Of a DNA stretch of 64,000 bases, positions 59,539 to 64,000 are shown in pieces. Position numbers and translations under genes: made by a program. Source of the DNA: an uncultured Actinomycetes bacterium (lineage in GTDB: Bacteria > Actinomycetota > UBA4738 > HRBIN12); NCBI GenBank assembly GCA_963704885.1, contig CAVPIB010000001.1, positions 832,001 through 896,000 on the forward strand, given 5' to 3'. How positions within the stretch are numbered: the first letter of the stretch is position 1; every line of letters starts with the position of its first letter. Below the pieces are notes generated by a model, which worked only from the letters and a program-made list of their open reading frames with translations, did not search any database and was not told the DNA's origin.

Positions 59539-59629
59539 CGCCGTAGTGAGCCATTCGCCTCCTGCCCCTGTCTTTGGTCTCGACCATCCTTCTCACCATG
59601 GACGAGAGCGTCATGGAAAGGGGTAGACG

Positions 59630-60220
59630 ATGAACCGAAAGGCGAAGGACCAACTGATCAGCACTGCGGCCATAGTGGTCGCGGTGGTCATGATTTCCCT
59701 AGGTGGGCTTGCCATCTACGGTGGCAACTTCGGCCAGGACAACGTGCGCGACCGGCTGGAGCCGCAGAACATCACGTTCCCGCCACTCGAGGCGATGACG
59801 CCCGAGGAGCAGGCCGAGATCGGTCAGTTCGCAGGCCAGCAAGTCGTCAACGGCGAGCAGGCGAAGGGCTTCAGCGACTACATCGGTGGACACCTGACGG
59901 GCGTGAACGATGGCGCGACGTACTCGGAGACCAGCGCCGCTGCACGTGCAGAGGGACTCGACCCTGACACGGCGGCGGAGCTGCAGGGTAAGGCCGACAC
60001 CCTGTTCAAGGGTGAGACGCTCCGCGCGATCCTGCTGAACGGGTACGGCTGGTGGACGGTCGCGACGATCGCGCTGTACGCAGGATGGTTCATGGTGATC
60101 GCCGGGATCGTCTTGGCGGTCCTGGCCATCCTCGGCTTCCGTCACGCGAGGGTGCACGCCGCGGAGATGGGAGCCGAAGGGGTAAGCGAGAAGAAGGAGT
60201 ACGCAACCCGATCCGCGTAA
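59630..60220 (+). CDS. Conserved actinobacterial two-TM membrane protein
   Basis: TM, QNITFP, FAGQQV, TLFKGETLRAILL, TM; SD GAAAGGGG. Confidence 0.85.
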   Translation: MNRKAKDQLISTAAIVVAVVMISLGGLAIYGGNFGQDNVRDRLEPQNITFPPLEAMTPEEQAEIGQFAGQQVVNGEQAKGFSDYIGGHLTGVNDGATYSETSAAARAEGLDPDTAAELQGKADTLFKGETLRAILLNGYGWWTVATIALYAGWFMVIAGIVLAVLAILGFRHARVHAAEMGAEGVSEKKEYATRSA

Positions 60221-60238
60221 CCCATCTCGCTCACGCGT

Positions 60239-60269
60239 AAAGACCGCCCGTCCCACTCGGGCGGTCTTT
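60239..60269. terminator. Bidirectional intrinsic terminator
   Basis: AAAGACCGCCCG-TCCCACT-CGGGCGGTCTTT between convergent genes. Confidence 0.85.
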
Positions 60270-60279
60270 CGTTAGGTCG

Positions 60280-60876
60280 CTAGAGGGTGAGCCCGTCGGG
60301 AACGGGCACCGACGCCATGTGGTCTTCGAGCTTCCACGCGACTTCGACCGTGCGGACCCATTCGTAGAACAGGCCCTTCGCGCCGATCAACGTCACGCCA
60401 GCGGCGCGCATCCGCTCGATCCCATCGTCGTGAGCGTCACCGGGGGCCAGCACCGCATCGCGAACCACCACGACGCGGTAGTCACGATCGAGCAGGCCCA
60501 GTGCCGAGTGAGCGACGCATACATCGGTCTCCATCCCAACGAGCACCGCGGTGCGCCGACCCGTGGCCTCGACCGCCGCCATGATCTCCGGAACGTCGGC
60601 GAGTCCGAACGTGGGCTTCGTGTATCGGGGTGTCGGCTCCGGGAGGCGCTCAACGATCTCGGGCAGGGTCGCGCCATTTCGGTCCGGTTCCTCTTCGGTC
60701 ACCACTGCCGGAACCCCGAGCGCGTTCGCGAGGGCCGCCAGCCAGACCACGCGCTGGATGAACGGTTCCCGAGTTACGGTCTCGCCGATCTTCTTCACGA
60801 AGCCCGGCTGCACGTCGACCACGCAGAGGACCGAATCATCGATGTCGAGCAGACGCCCACCCTGCGGCGGACCCAT
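60280..60876 (-). CDS. Isochorismatase family hydrolase
   Basis: VVDVQ, KPTFG, GMETDVCV, VVRDAV; SD GGGAGG. Confidence 0.88.
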   Translation of the reverse strand: MGPPQGGRLLDIDDSVLCVVDVQPGFVKKIGETVTREPFIQRVVWLAALANALGVPAVVTEEEPDRNGATLPEIVERLPEPTPRYTKPTFGLADVPEIMAAVEATGRRTAVLVGMETDVCVAHSALGLLDRDYRVVVVRDAVLAPGDAHDDGIERMRAAGVTLIGAKGLFYEWVRTVEVAWKLEDHMASVPVPDGLTL

Positions 60877-61019
60877 GACGGACCTCCCATCGCGGCCGAT
60901 CCTGCGCATCCTACTCAGGGCCGGGTGGCGGGTGGTTGCATCGCCGTTCCGGGGGAGTCAGGCTCTTCGGACCGGCCGGTTGTCGCCTCCCGCGACTTCC
61001 GGTAGGCATTAGGGACCGG

Positions 61020-62222
61020 ATGACCGATCGGCTGAAGCGCTTCCCCACGTTGTTCCGCTTCCTGGCCGCCCTACTCGCGCTCGTCGCGACGGCGAGCCTG
61101 GCGTCCTCGGCTGCGGCCGATCCGCCCAGCGCGCAGGAGATCGCGGACGCCAACGCGAAGGTCGAGCAACTGGCCCGAGAGGTTCGCGCGGAGCAGCGGG
61201 TGTTGGACCAGATAAGCATCCGCGCCAGCGAGGTCGCCGCCGAATACGACCGCGAGCTGGGCAAGCTCGAGAAGCTGAACGCCGAGCTCCTGTCCGTCCA
61301 GACGACACTGGTCACGGCCCGCGCCAGATACCGGTCGATCGTCACTCAGCTGAACGAAAGGGCGCGCGCCGCCTTCATCCAGGGACCCGCCTCCAGCTGG
61401 GAGTTCCTGCTGGGCGCCACGTCGATGCTGGATCTATCCGACCGCATCGAGTACGTCGATGCGATCGCCACGAGTGACGCCGACCTGGCTACCGAGGTCC
61501 AGAACACCAAGAGGGTCCTGTCGGCCAAGGAGCAGAACCTGGAGAAGCTCCAGTCGGCGCAGCGGGCGGTCGTGACCAAGGTTCGTGAGAAGTCGCAGGA
61601 GGTCAAGGATCTGCTGGCGCAGGCGCAAGCGGCGTTCAACGCCATCCAGTCGAAGAAGGCTTGGGCAGAGCGATTGGCGAAGAAGCTATCGGCCAAGCGC
61701 CAGGATTGGCTCCGCTCGCAGTTCTCCTACGGTGGCAACACCCATGCCGCGGTCGACATGCCGCCCGGGTGGGCGGGCACGTTCAAGGTCTGCCCGGTCG
61801 AGCAGCCCCGCGCGTATGGCGACGGCTTCGGCGCCCCGAGGTACGGTGGTGGGTACCACCTACACGCCGGAGTGGATATCATGGCGCCCTCCGGATCCGC
61901 CATCTACGCGACGTTCGACGGCTATGCGACGCAGGGCCAGAGCGAGCAGGGCGGCCTGTCGGTAGTGGTGCGTGGAGCCGACGGGTACACGTACAACGCG
62001 CACCTGTCGGAGTACTCGGATCATTCCACGGGGCCGGTGAGCGCCGGCGACATCATCGGGTACGTGGGCGACAGCGGCAACGCCCTGGGTGGCCCGCCCC
62101 ACAACCACTTCGAGTACCACCCGAACTCGTTCCCGAGCAGCTGGCCGGTGAGCTATTACGGATACACGGTGGTCGGCAGTGCGCTCAACCCGTACCCCTT
62201 GCTGGTAGACGCCTGCGGCTAG
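61020..62222 (+). CDS. Secreted coiled-coil M23 peptidase (peptidoglycan hydrolase)
   Basis: Signal peptide, long coiled coil, HAGVD, YNAHL, GYVGDSGNA, HNHFE. Confidence 0.9.
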   Translation: MTDRLKRFPTLFRFLAALLALVATASLASSAAADPPSAQEIADANAKVEQLAREVRAEQRVLDQISIRASEVAAEYDRELGKLEKLNAELLSVQTTLVTARARYRSIVTQLNERARAAFIQGPASSWEFLLGATSMLDLSDRIEYVDAIATSDADLATEVQNTKRVLSAKEQNLEKLQSAQRAVVTKVREKSQEVKDLLAQAQAAFNAIQSKKAWAERLAKKLSAKRQDWLRSQFSYGGNTHAAVDMPPGWAGTFKVCPVEQPRAYGDGFGAPRYGGGYHLHAGVDIMAPSGSAIYATFDGYATQGQSEQGGLSVVVRGADGYTYNAHLSEYSDHSTGPVSAGDIIGYVGDSGNALGGPPHNHFEYHPNSFPSSWPVSYYGYTVVGSALNPYPLLVDACG

Positions 62223-62233
62223 TCCGTCTCAGA

Positions 62234-62992
62234 CTAGCTGTCGCCGCGACCCCGCAGAAGCAGGCCGATCCCAACCAGTCCCAGGCACGCCGCGGTCACG
62301 ATCAGCACGATCGTCAGCGTGTTGGAGCCGCCGGCCGTGTCTGCGGGGCTGGGCGGCAAGGACGCGCCGCCCTCTCCGCCGACCAGCACATAGCCGAGCT
62401 CGTCCAACGGCCCCTCGGCCTGCTGCGCGGCGATCGAATCCGAACCCTCCTGCTGCTGCCACGCGTCCCCGTCCGCGGATGTGTACAGCTGGTGCGTGGC
62501 CGCGTGCAGGTTGGTGGTCACCGGGTACAGCAGGATGAGGTCCAACGGAAGGTCGAGCGGCGCGGCGTCACCGGATGGCCGATAAGAGGCCGTCAGCCGG
62601 TAGGCGTTGCCGAAGACGGTCACGTCCTTCCCCGGCGGGGTGAGCGTCGCCGGGTCGACGGGTTCGACCAAGAACAGGATCTCGGTCTGCTTCTTCTTGG
62701 CGGCGAACGCCTTGGAGGGCACCACGATCGTCACCTGGTTGTCGGACGTCACGAAGACCTCGGGTTGCGAACCCTTCGGATCCAGGGGGATGTGGAACTC
62801 GCCCGAGGAGGGTGGTTCGTTGGTCGCGGCCAGATCGGCGGGAGGGTTCACCCAGCGGTAGGCCTGCGGCGGGCCGATGCCGTCCAGGAGGGGTCCCCTG
62901 GCTAGCGGCGAGAGACGCCCGGAGTAGGCCGCCAGGACCGCGTATGCGGCCACCACGATCAACCCCACCGCGAGGACGCGACGGGAGCTCAC
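62234..62992 (-). CDS. Membrane-anchored protein (N-terminal signal/TM, C-terminal TM); in frame with the upstream SBP in this sequence
   Basis: GTG 62992 MSSRRVLAVGLIV..., PLLDGIGPPQAYRWVNPP, C-terminal TM + RGR. Confidence 0.65.
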   Translation of the reverse strand: MSSRRVLAVGLIVVAAYAVLAAYSGRLSPLARGPLLDGIGPPQAYRWVNPPADLAATNEPPSSGEFHIPLDPKGSQPEVFVTSDNQVTIVVPSKAFAAKKKQTEILFLVEPVDPATLTPPGKDVTVFGNAYRLTASYRPSGDAAPLDLPLDLILLYPVTTNLHAATHQLYTSADGDAWQQQEGSDSIAAQQAEGPLDELGYVLVGGEGGASLPPSPADTAGGSNTLTIVLIVTAACLGLVGIGLLLRGRGDS

Positions 62993-64000
62993 CAGCGCGT
63001 CCGAGTCGCTCGGATCGATCGGCGATGTGGCGAATGCGGGTGGCCAGATCACGGCTGCCTGGCCGGGCGCCACCCATTCCCAGATCACGCTGGCCGCCGC
63101 CAGGTTGTCGCCTGCGTCGGACGAGCCGGGCGCGCCGAAGCGCAGGCCGCTGCCGTTGGGGAGGCTGCCCTGTGGGAGATCGATCGCGCGCGCGGCGGCG
63201 GCCACGTCCGCCGCATCCATCGAGTCCGCGGTGGGCAGGACGCTGGTGAAGAGCGCCCACGCCGCCGAGAACCCGGCGAGCGCGGCAGGGCTCATGTCCT
63301 TCTGCCAGCGGTCGCGGTACGCGTCGTTCGCGCGCTGGAGCAGTGCGCGTCCCTCGGGGCTCAGGCCGGCCGGATCGATCGATGCCGCCGACGGCTTGTC
63401 CGAGGCGTAGACGCCGACCGCGTCCTCACCCAGCGTGGCGCCGAATGCCGGCATGCAGTAGCTGGACGAAGTGCCTATGTTCGCCAGCAGCTCAACGTGC
63501 TGCGCGACCAGCTCGCGGCGAAGAGCGATCGCGTCCTCCAGGTACGCGGAGACGAACAGGACGTCTGGCCTGGCGGCTGCGATCTGCCGCACGAGTGCAG
63601 GCATGTCCACGGTCCTGAAGTCGTAGCTGAACTCCCCGACGTTGCGCAGGCCCCGCTCCTGAAGCTCGGTGCGCGCGCCCGACGCGACGGAGCTGCCGTA
63701 GACGTCGTCCACGTATGAGATCGCGTAACGAAGCGTGGCGGGATCGCGATCCTGCTCGGCTGCTACCTGGTCGTCGACGAAGGCGATCGCCGCGCGGCCG
63801 AGGACCTCGCCGGTGGGCGGGACGCGGAACGTCAGGCCTCCCCGGTCTGAGTTCGGCGGAAGCATGCCAACGGCGCCCGTCTCCCAGAACAGCATGCCGT
63901 TCGAGGCCGCCTGAGCGGAGGCCGGCGCCGAGATCGTGCTCCCGTAGCTGCCGAGGACCAGACCGACGCCGGCCGCGTCCAGCTGATCGATGGCGGACGC
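62989..64000 (-). CDS. ABC substrate-binding protein (branched-chain amino acid / periplasmic binding type 1), 5'-truncated
   Basis: VLGSYGSTIS, LFWETGAVG, DDVYGSSVA, PDVLFVSAY, IGTSSSYC, AALAGFSAAW; 3' end uncertain. Confidence 0.8.

Noticed and set aside
59630-60220. Ring-opening dioxygenase LigA label sometimes given to similar proteins
   Set aside because: Two-TM topology and no dioxygenase partner; no sequence support for that function.
62234-62370. Sortase substrate signal on the membrane protein
   Set aside because: A TM and basic tail are present but there is no LPXTG or LAXTG motif.
1-64000. tRNA, rRNA, transposase, integrase or prophage genes
   Set aside because: None recognised by eye; intergenic gaps are short and mostly explained. 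A covariance-model search was not possible.

Overview
High-GC actinobacterial-type chromosome window; npdG, guaB3, class E sortase and the sucCD-membrane protein-purNH order support this assignment. Most genes are housekeeping: cysC, guaB3-guaA, pcrA, sucCD, purN-purH-folD-metF, citrate synthase, two isocitrate dehydrogenase paralogues, mdh, sdhCDAB, a split methylmalonyl-CoA mutase, acyl-CoA carboxylase with birA, and arsR-arsM. The most notable accessory block (about 39.1-50.2 kb) has a CarH/LitR-type B12 photoreceptor next to a two-permease ABC exporter and a CFA-synthase/DUF1365/FAD-oxidoreductase trio resembling the furan fatty acid pathway, plus SDR, SRPBCC and DUF4397 genes. About 10 copies of an 11-bp motif (YGCATRGRTTC) sit on four promoter regions of this block. 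Other signals: a leaderless MKV micro-ORF joined to a terminator-like hairpin before guaB3-guaA, a probable CTG start for guaA, many leaderless promoters, three unlisted or mis-started small ORFs, tandem LipJ-like cyclases, a REP-like palindrome cluster and a C-rich-loop sRNA candidate. Several +1 frameshifts look like sequencing errors. I recognised no rRNA, tRNA, CRISPR array or transposase. All calls come from reading the sequence; no database searches were run.
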